A stretch of 64,000 nucleotides of DNA, taken from assembly GCA_040218735.1 (NCBI GenBank), contig JAVJQW010000049.1, forward strand, positions 1-64,000. The letters run 5' to 3'. Under the pieces are notes generated by a model, which did not search any database, was not told the origin of the DNA, and saw nothing but the letters and a program-made list of their open reading frames with translations. Shown here in pieces: positions 1 to 10,788 of the stretch. Origin of the DNA: Deltaproteobacteria bacterium. GTDB lineage: Bacteria > Myxococcota > Kuafuiibacteriia > Kuafuiibacteriales > Kuafuiibacteriaceae. The stretch's first letter is position 1, and each line of letters begins with the position of its first letter. The position numbers were made by a program, and so were the translations under genes.

Positions 1-21
1 GTCACGACGTCGAACCCGGGC

Positions 22-1567
22 GCTTCAACAGAGCCCGACCGCGTCGCGGTCGGGAAGGCACGTAGCTGGGCGCCTTGCGCCCGAAGGGGGAACACATGGC
101 TTCAACGGAGCCCGACCGCGTCGCGGTCGGGAAGGTGGCGGCACACCCGACGAAGGAGCGCGACGATCGCCTCCGCTTCAACGGAGCCCGACCGCGTCGC
201 GGTCGGGAAGTCGAGCTGCCCCTCGTACGTCGCGACCGGGCCCGACCAGCACGCTTCAACGGAGCCCGACCGCGTCGCGGTCGGGAAGTGAGGTCTCCAG
301 CAGGTAGCGCCCCTTCGGTCGATGGAGGCTTCAACGGAGCCCGACCGCGTCGCGGTCGGGAAGCGGTGCGCGCGACGGCGGAATCGTCGGCGACTGGGCG
401 CACGCGCTTCAACGGAGCCCGACCGCGTCGCGGTCGGGAAGGGCCGAGGAGCGGGCGATCCGTCAGGCCCAGGCCCTCCAGGCTTCAACGGAGCCCGACC
501 GCGTCGCGGTCGGGAAGCGTCGAGGAACAGCACCTTGCGCCGGCGGCCGGTGATCGCTTCAACGGAGCCCGACCGCGTCGCGGTCGGGAAGGTTTGCGAG
601 CCCGGTCATCTTCGCGCCGACTGCGTCGCCGCTTCAACGGAGCTCGACCGCGTCGCGGTCGGGAAGGGCGGCACGTCGATCACGCCGGCCGGCTGCCAGG
701 GAAAGCTTCAACGGAGCCCGACCGCGTCGCGGTCGGGAAGGTGCCCAAGTTTCCGACGGCAAGCTGGAGCGAAACAGGCTTCAACGGAGCCCGACCGCGT
801 CGCGGTCGGGAAGTCACCGACGCTCGCCGGATGCGTTACCAGCAGCTCATCGGGCTTCAACGGAGCCAGACCGCGTCGCGGTCGGGAAGTGGCGAACCAC
901 CGTGACCGGGGGCCCCGCCGGTTGCTCGACCTTGCTTCAACGGAGCCCGACCGCGTCGCGGTCGGGAAGCGGCCGGCGCAGGAGGCCGCTCGTCGCGTCG
1001 ATCTGCACGCTTCAACGGAGCCCGACCGCGTCGCGGTCGGGAAGCGAGGATCCCGAGATGCCGACCGCGACGTCCGAGGTCGCTTCAACGGAGCCCGACC
1101 GCGTCGCGGTCGGGAAGGGGAAGCCGACCTCGTTATCGCCGACCCGCCGTTCGAGGAGACGCTTCAACGGAGCCCGACCGCGTCGCGGTCGGGAAGTTCG
1201 GTCTGCTCGGTGGGTGCGCGCGAAATGGGGCGACGCTTCAACGGAGCCCGACCGCGTCGCGGTCGGGAAGCCTCGACGCCGGCCACACACGTCAACGTCA
1301 ACGGTGCGCTTCAACGGAGCCCGACCGCGTCGCGGTCGGGAAGCGGTCGCCGTCGCGGTCGCGCCCCTCGTCGGACACGGTGCTTCAACGGAGCCCGACC
1401 GCGTCGCGGTCGGGAAGGAGATTCACGCGGTTGAGGATGGTCTCCTTGACGCCACGGCTTCAACGGAGCCCGACCGCGTCGCGGTCGGGAAGCCAGAGAC
1501 TTCTCGTCGTCCGTGAGCGTGGCCATGGCACGCTTCAACGGAGCCCGACCGCGTCGCGGTCGGGAAG
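22..1567 (-). CRISPR. CRISPR array, 21 repeats of 36 bp and 20 complete spacers of 37-44 bp; probably continues past the left window edge
   Basis: Repeat GCTTCAACGGAGCCCGACCGCGTCGCGGTCGGGAAG starts at 22, 99, 175, 253, 328, 406, 482, 556, 631, 705, 778, 854, 934, 1009, 1082, 1161, 1235, 1308, 1382, 1457 and 1532. Single-base variants at 22, 631 and 854. The reverse complement ends in TTGAAGC and has an internal hairpin, as in I-G repeats; the array lies downstream of cas2. Confidence 0.99.
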
Positions 1568-1810
1568 AGCCTGGACCATAACACCCCAAGATCCCTCGCA
1601 CCAAGCCATCACACGCGAGCGACCCCTCCCGTCGACGTGCGAATCAACCGAGGTCCGCCGGACGCTACCACTCTTCCAAGTAATCCTCGCCACTTCCGCC
1701 CCGCGAGCGACTCAGCCCCTTACCGCGCTACCCGCGCGCTCGCGCGGCGACGGCGCGTCGTATGCGCTTGTCAACGAGCGATGGGCCTGCCGGCAGCGGC
1801 GGCACCGACA
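1568..1810 (-). promoter_or_regulatory. CRISPR leader
   Basis: Non-repeat region between the cas2 stop and the first repeat; the leader-proximal repeats are invariant. Confidence 0.75.
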
Positions 1811-2116
1811 TCATAGCACCACAGGCCCCGGCGCCCCGTACGGCGATGGTCGCCCCAGCGTCTCGATGTCGCGTTCATTGCGCACGCCGGCCGGACCGAG
1901 GGGCGCGAACAGGATCTGGTCCTCTGCTGGCGCGATGATGTCCTCGAGCTCGCTCATCAAGCGGACCTTACGGCTCGCCGACAGCCGACAGAGGAACACG
2001 GAGTACTGCCAGTGTTCGCCGTACCCGCGCATCGTCACGTAGACGCGCCGAAGGCGCTTCGGATCGCTGATGTCGTAGCACACCAACCACACCTGCATGC
2101 CGTGCCCACGACTCAC
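1811..2116 (-). CDS. cas2: CRISPR-associated endonuclease Cas2
   Basis: WLVCYDISDPKRLRRV...GYGEHWQYSVFLC motif, 101 aa, overlapping the cas1 stop. Confidence 0.96.
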   Translation of the reverse strand: MSRGHGMQVWLVCYDISDPKRLRRVYVTMRGYGEHWQYSVFLCRLSASRKVRLMSELEDIIAPAEDQILFAPLGPAGVRNERDIETLGRPSPYGAPGPVVL

Positions 2117-3758
2117 CGCGTGATGAACTCCGGGAACGCGTCGATCTCCCCCATGAGAAATCGACCCAGCAATCGCGCTTGCACCTCGAACACCTGACGA
2201 TAACTCACCCGATACCCGAAGACCGGGTGCGTGACCTGCTCACCGAGGCGTCGCTCCCAAGCCTGAATGAACCGTTTTCTCCCCGCCTGACTCAGAGCAC
2301 ACGACGTCTTCGTCACGATGAAGTCATCCGCTCCGACGATCCCACGTCGCACCGCACTCAGCACCACCGAGTCCGCCACGATCGGACGAAACTCCTCCAT
2401 GAGATCGAGGGCGAGCGCCGGACGCCCGTACTTCGGCTGATGATAGAAGCCGAGGTAGGCGTCGAACCCGACCCGGTCCAGCGTCTCGGTCCAGGTCGTG
2501 GTCAACATCGCATAGGCAAACGAGAGCATCGCGTTCACCGGATCCCGCGGAGGACGTCGGTTGCGCCGAGCGAAGTCGAACTCACCCCCTTGCCCCTCCG
2601 CAATCGCGGCGGCCAACCCTCGGAAGTACACGCTCGCCGCCTGGCCCTCGATGCCCAACAGCCGCTCCAGCGAATCACATCTCGCCACCGCATCGCGCAG
2701 CTTCGACAGCTCCGCCATCACCTCCGTGGCATCCTCCAGATTTCGACGGAGGAACGTTCTCGAGTTCTTGATCTTCGCGCGCACGAGTCGCTGTGCGATC
2801 GACAATGCCAACTCGGCGTCCGTCGCGTGCCGATACTGCGCCAGCCGGAGAAGCACGTTCTTGTGACTCGGCCCCCGCGTCCGGCCGTAGAGCCAACCCC
2901 CGTGGCTCATATAGGAGATTGGGACTCCCTCACGCATGAGGGCATGCATCGCCGGCGTCGTGATTCGCACCGAGCCGTGTAGCTGAACACTCGACACATC
3001 CACGAGTCGTACCCGCACGGCATCTCCGCCTTCCCGAGGCTCGACGATCAACTCCGCGCCCGACTTGCGAATGACGGATCCCGCCTCGGTCACGTGGAGA
3101 GGATAGGACTCCACTGACCTCGCGCGGACGACGCGCAACCTGTCTTGCGCGACCCCCTCGGCGAGGAGCGCGTGTTCATCCGGCAGGCAGATACTTGCCA
3201 GCGAACACCCGACACACTTTGGACTGTCCTCGAGTGGCGGCGGCGCCTTGTCTCGTTCAGCGACTTCAAGCGCCGCATCCCTCAGCTCCAGCACGCGTGC
3301 TTCGAGGTCATCGTCGACCTCGACCTCGACGCGCCGCCGCGACCCTGCGAACCAGAGGAACCCTCGCGTTGCTGCGTAGCCGTTGCTACGCAGCAACAGA
3401 ACTTGCGCCGCGACCTGCACGCGCTCGGGCTCCCACGCACCGTCCTCGGCGTCGGGGAGCTTGCCGCGCTTGAACTCGATCGGGGCGACCTCGGTACCCT
3501 CGGCGTCAAGGAGATCGATCTTGCCGATCAGCCCCAATACTTCGTCGGAGAGGTCGAGACTACGGAGCACGCGTGGCATTCCCCCTCCTTGGGGCGCCGT
3601 TGCCGAGGCTTGTCGACGTGTTTGTGCACACGCTTTCCGTCCAGCGTGTACACGTTGTCGGCCCACTCGGACTGGACCCACTCCAGGTGAAACAGGCGAG
3701 GGCAGTACGTGAACTCGTTGAGCATCCTCAAGGGCAGCAGTCGATCGTTCTTCATCAC
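2113..3758 (-). CDS. cas1: Cas4-Cas1 fusion with an apparent 1-nt frameshift near 3580-3590
   Basis: N-terminal [21 protein letters not shown] (ORF 3528-3758, AGGAGG RBS upstream) is in a different frame from [29 protein letters not shown] (Cas4) and [37 protein letters not shown] (Cas1). Confidence 0.92.
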
Positions 3759-4107
3759 CGTCCTCCTGAGCCTCGAACCTCACTCGACTCGACATCCCCT
3801 TCGAGCCTCGATCAGCACACCGGAAGGGGAGGCGAAGCCTCCGAGGGGCCCACCCGCGACTTCGAAACCCAAACCGACGCTTCCGAGCGGCGCGTCGCAG
3901 GCTTTGAAACCCAATCTCGGACCTCGCCGCGCCGCGAACGGGTGTGCACGAGTCCCAAGATTGCTCCCTCGTCGGTCGCACTCGACACCGAAGGCGCCGC
4001 CATCGCCGTCCAACGTCGCAAACCGCACCCTCGGCGTACCGGAACGCCTGCCAGACCCTCGAAACCCACTTCGATGCGCCCTGTGCGGGCACGGTCAAGG
4101 CCGGCAC

Positions 4108-4905
4108 CTACGAGACGTCGGCAGGCTGCGCCTTCGCGGAGGCGTCGAGATCGTCCATCGCCTCCTCCACCGCCTTGTCGGCCTGGGCGCTGCGTCTCGC
4201 ATCGACGTTCTCGAGCGCTGCCTCGAGCCCGCCGAGCAATCGGTGGTGATCCTCATCGCCGAGGTTGCTCACCTCGGCGATGGCAACGAACAGCCCCACG
4301 GTTCGAACGAACGCGAGCGCGGCGTCGTACTTCCCGACGTTCGGCGCCGCGTTTTCGATGGCAGCCATGAGTGCCACCCGGCGCTGGTCGAGCTCGACCA
4401 ACTGCCGCGCGAGGGTGACGCGCTCGTTGAAGAACCCCAGCAGCGTGCCGCCCGGGATCTTCATCTCGCGCAGCGCTTTCCTCTGCACGGGTGTCAGGCG
4501 CGATCGAGCACGCTCAGCCGCACCCCCCTGGCGGCGCATGCTCCAGGTGACCACGCGTCGACCCTCGGGAAGCAGCGTCTCCCGCAACGACTCGATCGTC
4601 GCCTTGGTCGACGCCTTCGGTGCCAGGTCGATGAGCCCCGCGAGCACCCCGTCGATGCCCCGGACGATGTCATCGTGCCGCCGGTCGAGCTCCTTGATCT
4701 CCGCTCGCACGCGCGCCAGCTCCTCCGGCAGGTCCGTCGGCTCCGGCCGGCCTGCGGAGAGCATGGTGTCATGCAGCGCATCCAGATCCGGCAGGAAGGG
4801 CGCGAGCTTCGGGTATTGCTCGATCACCTCGCGGTCGCGCTGGGCTCCGACCCAAGCGCCGACGACGGTGACCATGGTTTCGAGGTCGAGATCTTTGAGT
4901 GCCAT
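4108..4905 (-). CDS. Hypothetical alpha-helical protein between the adaptation and interference modules
   Basis: 265-aa ORF starting MALKDLDLETM with normal codon bias; no recognisable Cas motif. Confidence 0.7.
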   Translation of the reverse strand: MALKDLDLETMVTVVGAWVGAQRDREVIEQYPKLAPFLPDLDALHDTMLSAGRPEPTDLPEELARVRAEIKELDRRHDDIVRGIDGVLAGLIDLAPKASTKATIESLRETLLPEGRRVVTWSMRRQGGAAERARSRLTPVQRKALREMKIPGGTLLGFFNERVTLARQLVELDQRRVALMAAIENAAPNVGKYDAALAFVRTVGLFVAIAEVSNLGDEDHHRLLGGLEAALENVDARRSAQADKAVEEAMDDLDASAKAQPADVS

Positions 4906-5018
4906 CCGCCGAGCCTGAGGTGGGACCGGGCCCGCGCACAACTGACCGAGAGGGCAGATACAGTCTACGGACTCCGGCGCTTTTGCCGTAGGGAGGATGG
5001 GGGAGAATCGAACGCTTC

Positions 5019-7709
5019 GTGACGTATTTGAAAGATGTCACCGTGACTACGCCCACAGAATGGCTAGAACCCCTCATCGGCTTTCCACCTCACCCGTGGC
5101 AGGCCAGGCTCGCCGCGGACACCCTGGCGCGTAGCCGCCTCGTCCGGGTCCCTACGGGGCTCGGGAAGACGGCAGGCGTCGTCGGCGCCTGGGCCTACAA
5201 CCGCATCCACCGTCGCGATGACACCTGGCCCCGTCGGCTCGTCTTCTGCTTTCCGATGCGCGTGCTCGTCGAGCAGTCCGCCGAAGCGATTCGAAGCATG
5301 CTCCACCGCGTCGGCCTCGGCGACGAGGTCGACGTCGACATCCTCATGGGCGGCGTTCGACCCGACCCGGACGAAGTTCCCTGGCACCTGCGTCCGGAGC
5401 GCTTCGCGATCCTCCTCGGTACGCAGGACATGCTCCTGTCGCGAGCGCTGAACCGTGGGTACGCCGCACCGCGCGGGCGTTGGCCGATGGCGTACGCGCT
5501 GCTGCACAGCGATGCGTTGTGGGTCGCCGACGAAGTGCAGCTCATGGGCGTTGGCCTCGCCACGAGCACTCAGCTGCAAGCCTTCCGCGACGACGCCCCG
5601 GGGCCCCGTCCGAGCCACACCTGGTGGATGAGTGCAACGCTCCAGCCCGATTGGCTCGCCACGTATGACGCCCTCCCCGAACTGGAACGCCGTCGCGCCG
5701 ACATGACCGAGATTCCGGCTGCCGAGCGTGGCGGGACGGCGTTCGAGGGGAAGAAGCCTTTGTCGGTAGAGTCCATCCCCGCCGAGACCGACGCCAAGCT
5801 CGACGCGTGGGCGGACCGCGTCCTCCGCGCACACGCGGACGCAGAGCCGACCGGAACCGGGCGCGTCACGCTCGCCATCGCGAACACCGTGCGGGACGCG
5901 GTGTCACTTTACGAGCAGCTCGGGCGTAAGCTCGACGGCGGTGTCACCCTCGAACTCGTTCACAGCCGCTTCCGCGGCCACGAGCGAGCGCAGTGGCGTG
6001 ATCGGTTTCTTCGCCGTGACCACTGTCTCGCCGCCGAGACCAACCTCATCATCGTCGCGACCCAGGTCGTCGAGGCCGGCGTCGACATCAGCGCGACCGC
6101 ACTCGTCACTCAGCTCGCGCCCTGGTCGTCGCTCGTCCAGCGTTTCGGACGCGCCGCGCGCTACGGCGGAGCGTGTGCCGTAGTCGTCGTCGACCGCGCC
6201 CTCGACGAGAAGCGCGCTGCCCCCTACGAGCTGCCGGCACTGTCCGCCGCGAAGGAGGCGCTCGCGCGACTGGACAAGGTCGACATCGCGGATCTCGAGG
6301 ATCTCGAGGCGTCTTTGCTTCGAGACGCTCCCGACTTCCTCGCACGTCTCTACCCCTACTCGCCGATGCACCTGCTGCGGCGGCAGGACCACCACGAGCT
6401 CTTCGACACCGGTCAAGACCTCACCGGGATGGACATCGACGTCTCGCGCTTCGTTCGCGACGGCCTCGACAGTGACGTCCAGGTCTACTGGCGCGAGGTT
6501 GACGACAACCCCACCGCCGACGCACGCGCAACGCTCCGCACCGAGCTCTGTCCCGTTTCCATTGGCGCCGCGAAGAAGTGGATCGAACGCGTCGACGGTC
6601 GCGCGTGGACCTGGCGCTACCTCGACAACACGTTTCGCGCCGTTCGCCACTACGAGGTTCGGCCGGGGATGACCATCGTCGTCGATGCCACCGCTGGTGG
6701 CTACGACGAGCGTCTCGGCTTCACAGGGGCCGCGCGTGCGAAGAATGATCCTCCGGTCGGTGTGATCGGCTCCGAGCCGCTCGACCACACCGCAGCCGCC
6801 GCGCTTCGCGCCGACCTTGCTCAGGACGCCGAGGATCTCAGCGAGGCTGCGGGCTACAAGTCGATCGCGCTTCATGGCCAGGAGGCCGCCGAGGAAGCCG
6901 CCGCTCTCTGCCGCGAGCTCGGCCTCGACCCCGCGATGAGCCGTCTCGTCGAGCTTGCAGCGCGGCTGCACGACTACGGAAAGATCCACCCCGCGTTCCA
7001 GAGCCTGATCGTCGAGCGCCTTCGCGAAGACGATCGCGATCTCGCCAAGGCTCCCGCCGGGGCGTGGCGACGTCCGCCCGTGTACATGGTCGACGATGAC
7101 TCAACGGTGAGGAAGCGACCGGGGTTTCGGCACGAGCTCGCGAGCGTGCTCGCGATGTTCGAGATGCTTCGCCGAGTCGCGCCCGACCACGAAGCGCTGC
7201 TCGGGCCCCACGCCGCGCTCATCGAGGCCGGCGTGCTGATGCCGCTTGGTTCCGAGGCTGACAAGTCGGAGCCCAACGCGATCGAAGCTGCGCTATGCGA
7301 GCTATCGGGCGAGGCCTTCGACCTGGTGGCGTACCTCGTCTGCGCCCATCACGGGAAGCTGCGGGCGAGCTGGCAAAGTACACCTCAGGACCAGGATGCT
7401 CCTGTCGTCGCGGATGACCCGCGCGGGCCGCCACTGCGCGGCGTTCGCGACGGTGATGTCCTCCCCGGGTTCGACTTTGGCGAGATCGGAGGCCGCGACG
7501 TCCACACGGAGGACCTGACGCTCTCACTCGATCCTGCGCGACTCGGTCTCTCCGACCGCTACGGTCGAAGTTGGCGCGATCGAACGGAGGCGTTGCTGAC
7601 TCGTCACGGTCCGCACGCCCTCGCGCTCTACGAGACGCTGGTGCGTGTCGCCGATGTCCGGGCGTCGATGCGGCGGACGCTTGATCCGCGTTGGGAGACG
7701 GGCTCATGA
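5019..7709 (+). CDS. cas3: Type I-G Cas3 (SF2 helicase with C-terminal HD nuclease)
   Basis: PTGLGKT, DEVQ, MSAT, HSRFR, ATQVVEAGVD and QRFGR motifs, then HG...LHDYGK...FRHE...HHGK...VAD HD domain at the C-terminus. Start may be GTG 5043. Confidence 0.96.
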   Translation: MTYLKDVTVTTPTEWLEPLIGFPPHPWQARLAADTLARSRLVRVPTGLGKTAGVVGAWAYNRIHRRDDTWPRRLVFCFPMRVLVEQSAEAIRSMLHRVGLGDEVDVDILMGGVRPDPDEVPWHLRPERFAILLGTQDMLLSRALNRGYAAPRGRWPMAYALLHSDALWVADEVQLMGVGLATSTQLQAFRDDAPGPRPSHTWWMSATLQPDWLATYDALPELERRRADMTEIPAAERGGTAFEGKKPLSVESIPAETDAKLDAWADRVLRAHADAEPTGTGRVTLAIANTVRDAVSLYEQLGRKLDGGVTLELVHSRFRGHERAQWRDRFLRRDHCLAAETNLIIVATQVVEAGVDISATALVTQLAPWSSLVQRFGRAARYGGACAVVVVDRALDEKRAAPYELPALSAAKEALARLDKVDIADLEDLEASLLRDAPDFLARLYPYSPMHLLRRQDHHELFDTGQDLTGMDIDVSRFVRDGLDSDVQVYWREVDDNPTADARATLRTELCPVSIGAAKKWIERVDGRAWTWRYLDNTFRAVRHYEVRPGMTIVVDATAGGYDERLGFTGAARAKNDPPVGVIGSEPLDHTAAAALRADLAQDAEDLSEAAGYKSIALHGQEAAEEAAALCRELGLDPAMSRLVELAARLHDYGKIHPAFQSLIVERLREDDRDLAKAPAGAWRRPPVYMVDDDSTVRKRPGFRHELASVLAMFEMLRRVAPDHEALLGPHAALIEAGVLMPLGSEADKSEPNAIEAALCELSGEAFDLVAYLVCAHHGKLRASWQSTPQDQDAPVVADDPRGPPLRGVRDGDVLPGFDFGEIGGRDVHTEDLTLSLDPARLGLSDRYGRSWRDRTEALLTRHGPHALALYETLVRVADVRASMRRTLDPRWETGS

Positions 7710-9853
7710 GCACGCACGTGCTTCGTCTGGATGGCTGCGCGTCGCGACCGCTCGCGCTGTACCTGCAGGCTTTGGGCGTGCTCCGACTCGTCGCCGAACA
7801 GGCCGACCCAGACGCGATGGGCATGTGGCGCGAGTCCGGGTTCGTGCTGATCTCGAAGCTGGATCGTGAGGGGCTGCTCCGGTTCTTCCTCGAGGACTAT
7901 GCGCCGACGCCTTTGCTGGATCCGTGGAACGGCGGGAGCGGGTTCTATCCGAAGGACAACAAGTCCGGAATTGATCCGATCCGCGGCAGCACCGCGCTTC
8001 GTTTCGAACCGTATCGGACGGCGATCGCGCTCGCTGACCGGATCGTCGGTGGGGCTGACAAGGCCCCAGACAAAGCTGACAAGGACGCCTTCATTCGGCG
8101 CTACGTCGCGGGATCCAACGATCACGGCGTGGCGTGGGTGGACGCTGCGATCGTGCTGACGGGCGCCGGAGACCCGAAGTACCCGGCCCTCTTCGGAACG
8201 GGAGGGAACGATGGTCGCCTCGACTTCACGAACAACTTCATGCAGCGACTCGTCACGCTATTCGACGCCAAGCATCCGGAAGCAACCGCGACGCCCGGCG
8301 CCGAGGAAGCGCTGGGCGCCGCACTCTTCGGACACGCCGCCCCGAAGGTGATCGAGAAGAATGCCATTGGGCAGTTCTTCCCGAGTGCCGCAGGAGGTGC
8401 CAATGCAGGCAACGGCCCGACGGGAGATGCAGCGGTCAACCCGTGGCACTTCGTGCTGATGCTCGAAGGCGGGCTTGCACTCCGAGCCTCCGCGGTCCGT
8501 CGTCTCGCCGAAGGCGTGGTCCGCGCGTGCGCGCCGTTTGCTGTTCACACGTCCCCGGCCGGATTCGGAACCGCCGTGGACTCGGGCGACAAGGATCGCG
8601 GGGAGCAGTGGCTACCCATCTGGCAGCGTCCTGCGCGCTATGCGGAGGTCGTTCGACTCTTCGGAGAGGGCCGCAGCTTCGTCGGCGGCGAACCGGCGAA
8701 GCGACCGCTCGACTTTGCGCGGGCGGTCGCCCGCCAGGGGGTCGCGCGAGGGATCGATGCGTTCGAGAGGTTTGGATTCCTCGAACGGAACGGGCAGTCC
8801 AACCTAGCGACCGCCCTGGGGCGTTGGCATGTGGAACCTCGACCGCGCCAGGACCTTCTCGACCCCTTCGCCGACTGGTCCCGTGGGCTCGCCAAGGCTG
8901 CGCGTGATCGCACGGCGCCGGCCTCGATCCGACGCCTGTCCCGCCAGGTCGAGGCCCGGATGATGGACTGCACCAAGCGCCCTGACGAAGCACGCACCTG
9001 GTGCGCTTTGCTCGTCGCCGCTGGGGAGGTGGAACGTCAGTGCGTCGCTTCACCGAGGTTCGCGGCGGCGCAGGGCCTGCGCCCGATACCCCCACTCCCT
9101 GCCGAGCTGCTCGACGCGATCGACGACGGAACTTGCGAGACGCGGCTCGCCGTAGCGCTCGCGAGCGTGTTCGGCCGCGCAGAGGTCCGTGACGTCGCGC
9201 CGGATCTCCGTTCGTACTGGCTCCCGATCGAGAACGCCTATCGGTTCTCCAGCAACGCGCACGGGCTCGTCGTCGGTAATCGTGTTGTTGGGACGGGTGG
9301 AGACCTCACCGAAGACCTGCTTCGGGTCCTTGGACGACGGGTCACGGAGCTTCGGCAGCGCAACCACCGTGCCTCTCTTGGGTTGATGGCGCGGGGTCAG
9401 CGATACGCGAGACTCGACGACATCGCGGCCTTCGTGGATGGCGTCGTCGACGAACGCAGGATCGTTGCGCTCGCACTCCCGTTGATGGCCGTCCGCTCCT
9501 TCCACTTGGGTGAACGTTCACCGCGGTCATCAAGACCTGGCGCGGCCTACGCCGTCTTTCGTCTTGTCGCGCCCTTCGTGGCGAGCGGATCCGACGACGT
9601 GGTCCTCGAGCCGCGTGTGCTCCGAGCGCTCGCGCAGGGCGACGCCGTCGCAGCCTCCACCTACGCGCTGGCTCGCCTCCGAAGCCTCGGCCACCACCCG
9701 AAGCTAGGCCGAGTGGTCATGGACCGCGCGCGGCTGCGGCGCGTCGGCGCGTCACTTCTGTTCCCGATCTCGCCCGCGGACGAGTCGCGCTGTCGCGCGG
9801 TCGTCTTCAAACCCGAACTCGAAACTCTGCCTGAAGAAGGATTCAACGCATGA
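7706..9853 (+). CDS. csx17: Type I-G large subunit Cas8g/Csx17
   Basis: LALYLQALGVLRLVAEQAD, PWNGGSGFY, LFGTGGNDGRLDFTNNFMQRL and NPWHFVLMLEG motifs; ATGA overlap with cas3. Confidence 0.93.
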   Translation: MSTHVLRLDGCASRPLALYLQALGVLRLVAEQADPDAMGMWRESGFVLISKLDREGLLRFFLEDYAPTPLLDPWNGGSGFYPKDNKSGIDPIRGSTALRFEPYRTAIALADRIVGGADKAPDKADKDAFIRRYVAGSNDHGVAWVDAAIVLTGAGDPKYPALFGTGGNDGRLDFTNNFMQRLVTLFDAKHPEATATPGAEEALGAALFGHAAPKVIEKNAIGQFFPSAAGGANAGNGPTGDAAVNPWHFVLMLEGGLALRASAVRRLAEGVVRACAPFAVHTSPAGFGTAVDSGDKDRGEQWLPIWQRPARYAEVVRLFGEGRSFVGGEPAKRPLDFARAVARQGVARGIDAFERFGFLERNGQSNLATALGRWHVEPRPRQDLLDPFADWSRGLAKAARDRTAPASIRRLSRQVEARMMDCTKRPDEARTWCALLVAAGEVERQCVASPRFAAAQGLRPIPPLPAELLDAIDDGTCETRLAVALASVFGRAEVRDVAPDLRSYWLPIENAYRFSSNAHGLVVGNRVVGTGGDLTEDLLRVLGRRVTELRQRNHRASLGLMARGQRYARLDDIAAFVDGVVDERRIVALALPLMAVRSFHLGERSPRSSRPGAAYAVFRLVAPFVASGSDDVVLEPRVLRALAQGDAVAASTYALARLRSLGHHPKLGRVVMDRARLRRVGASLLFPISPADESRCRAVVFKPELETLPEEGFNA

Positions 9854-10788
9854 CGATCATCGACGAGCTCTCGAACCAGCGCCGGCTTCTCCTGTCGGTC
9901 CCTCTCCGCCCCGTTCAGGGCAAGCGGTTCCAGCCGACGGGGTTTCCGGACCTGGGCGCTGCGCGGTTCTTCGGACCCGACGACGAAGAGCACCTCCTGG
10001 TCGAGAGCGCTCAGAGTGTCGCCAACCGCCTCGAGGCCGTCTGCTGGGATCCGCAGAACGATACCCTCCGCACTCCCCTCGACGGCCTCTCCTACGTCCG
10101 AGTGGAAGACGAAAGCGGCGCGTTGGTGACATCTTCCGTGCTCGAAGCGCACCGGCTGAACAGTCCGCGAGTGCTCGTCGGTGGCTTCAAGGCTGCGTTG
10201 GAGGACAAGCTAGGAGGCAAGGATGCCGTCGCAGACCCCCGGCGACTTCCGCCGGTGCTCCTCGAGCTCGACGTTGGCTGTCTGTTGCACGGCGTGTTTC
10301 TCGAGAAGATCGCGGGGCTACTCCGACTCCCACGCGCGCTGTCCGGATTCGTGGAAGCCCACGGTGTTCGGTCAGCGGCGTCGGGCGGGGTGAAGAACGA
10401 CCACGTGGATCCCACGGGCGACGCCAAGGCGGGGTACGGGAACGTGCCGTTCTCGCGTGAGGAGTTCGTGGCCGGAGAGATCGTTGCGTACTTCAACCTC
10501 GACCTCGTGCAGGTCCGAGACTACGGACTTGGCGCGGACGTCGAACGACTCTTGATCGCGCTCGCCTTGTTCAAGATCCGCGCGTTCCTCGATGAGGGCC
10601 TCCGCCTCAGGACGGCCTGTGATCTCGAGCCCGTGGGCACCGTGCAGGTCGGATCGACGGAACTCCCGTCGCTCAGCGAGCTCGAGGAGACCGTTCAGGC
10701 TGCGATCTTACCGGTTCGCGACCGAATGCACGTCAACACGGTGACCTATGAGCCGCAGGCGAAGAAGAAGAAGGCGAAGAAGTCCTGA
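9850..10788 (+). CDS. csb1: Type I-G Cas7 (Csb1)
   Basis: RFQPTGFPDLGAA, LLVESAQSVANRLE, LEAHRLNS, SGGVKND, GNVPF and LRLRTACDL motifs. Confidence 0.94.
   Translation: MTIIDELSNQRRLLLSVPLRPVQGKRFQPTGFPDLGAARFFGPDDEEHLLVESAQSVANRLEAVCWDPQNDTLRTPLDGLSYVRVEDESGALVTSSVLEAHRLNSPRVLVGGFKAALEDKLGGKDAVADPRRLPPVLLELDVGCLLHGVFLEKIAGLLRLPRALSGFVEAHGVRSAASGGVKNDHVDPTGDAKAGYGNVPFSREEFVAGEIVAYFNLDLVQVRDYGLGADVERLLIALALFKIRAFLDEGLRLRTACDLEPVGTVQVGSTELPSLSELEETVQAAILPVRDRMHVNTVTYEPQAKKKKAKKS

Noticed and set aside
58-1531. Self-targeting spacers
   Set aside because: No spacer match to the window was noticed by eye; a computational search is needed to exclude it.
2-1604. Many long ORFs with repeated STEPDRVAVGK / FNGARPRRGRE peptides
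   Set aside because: They are translations of the CRISPR repeat, not genes.
3759-4107. N-terminal extension of the 664-aa cas1 ORF
   Set aside because: No Cas similarity; the real Cas4 N-terminus and RBS are at 3755-3767 in another frame.
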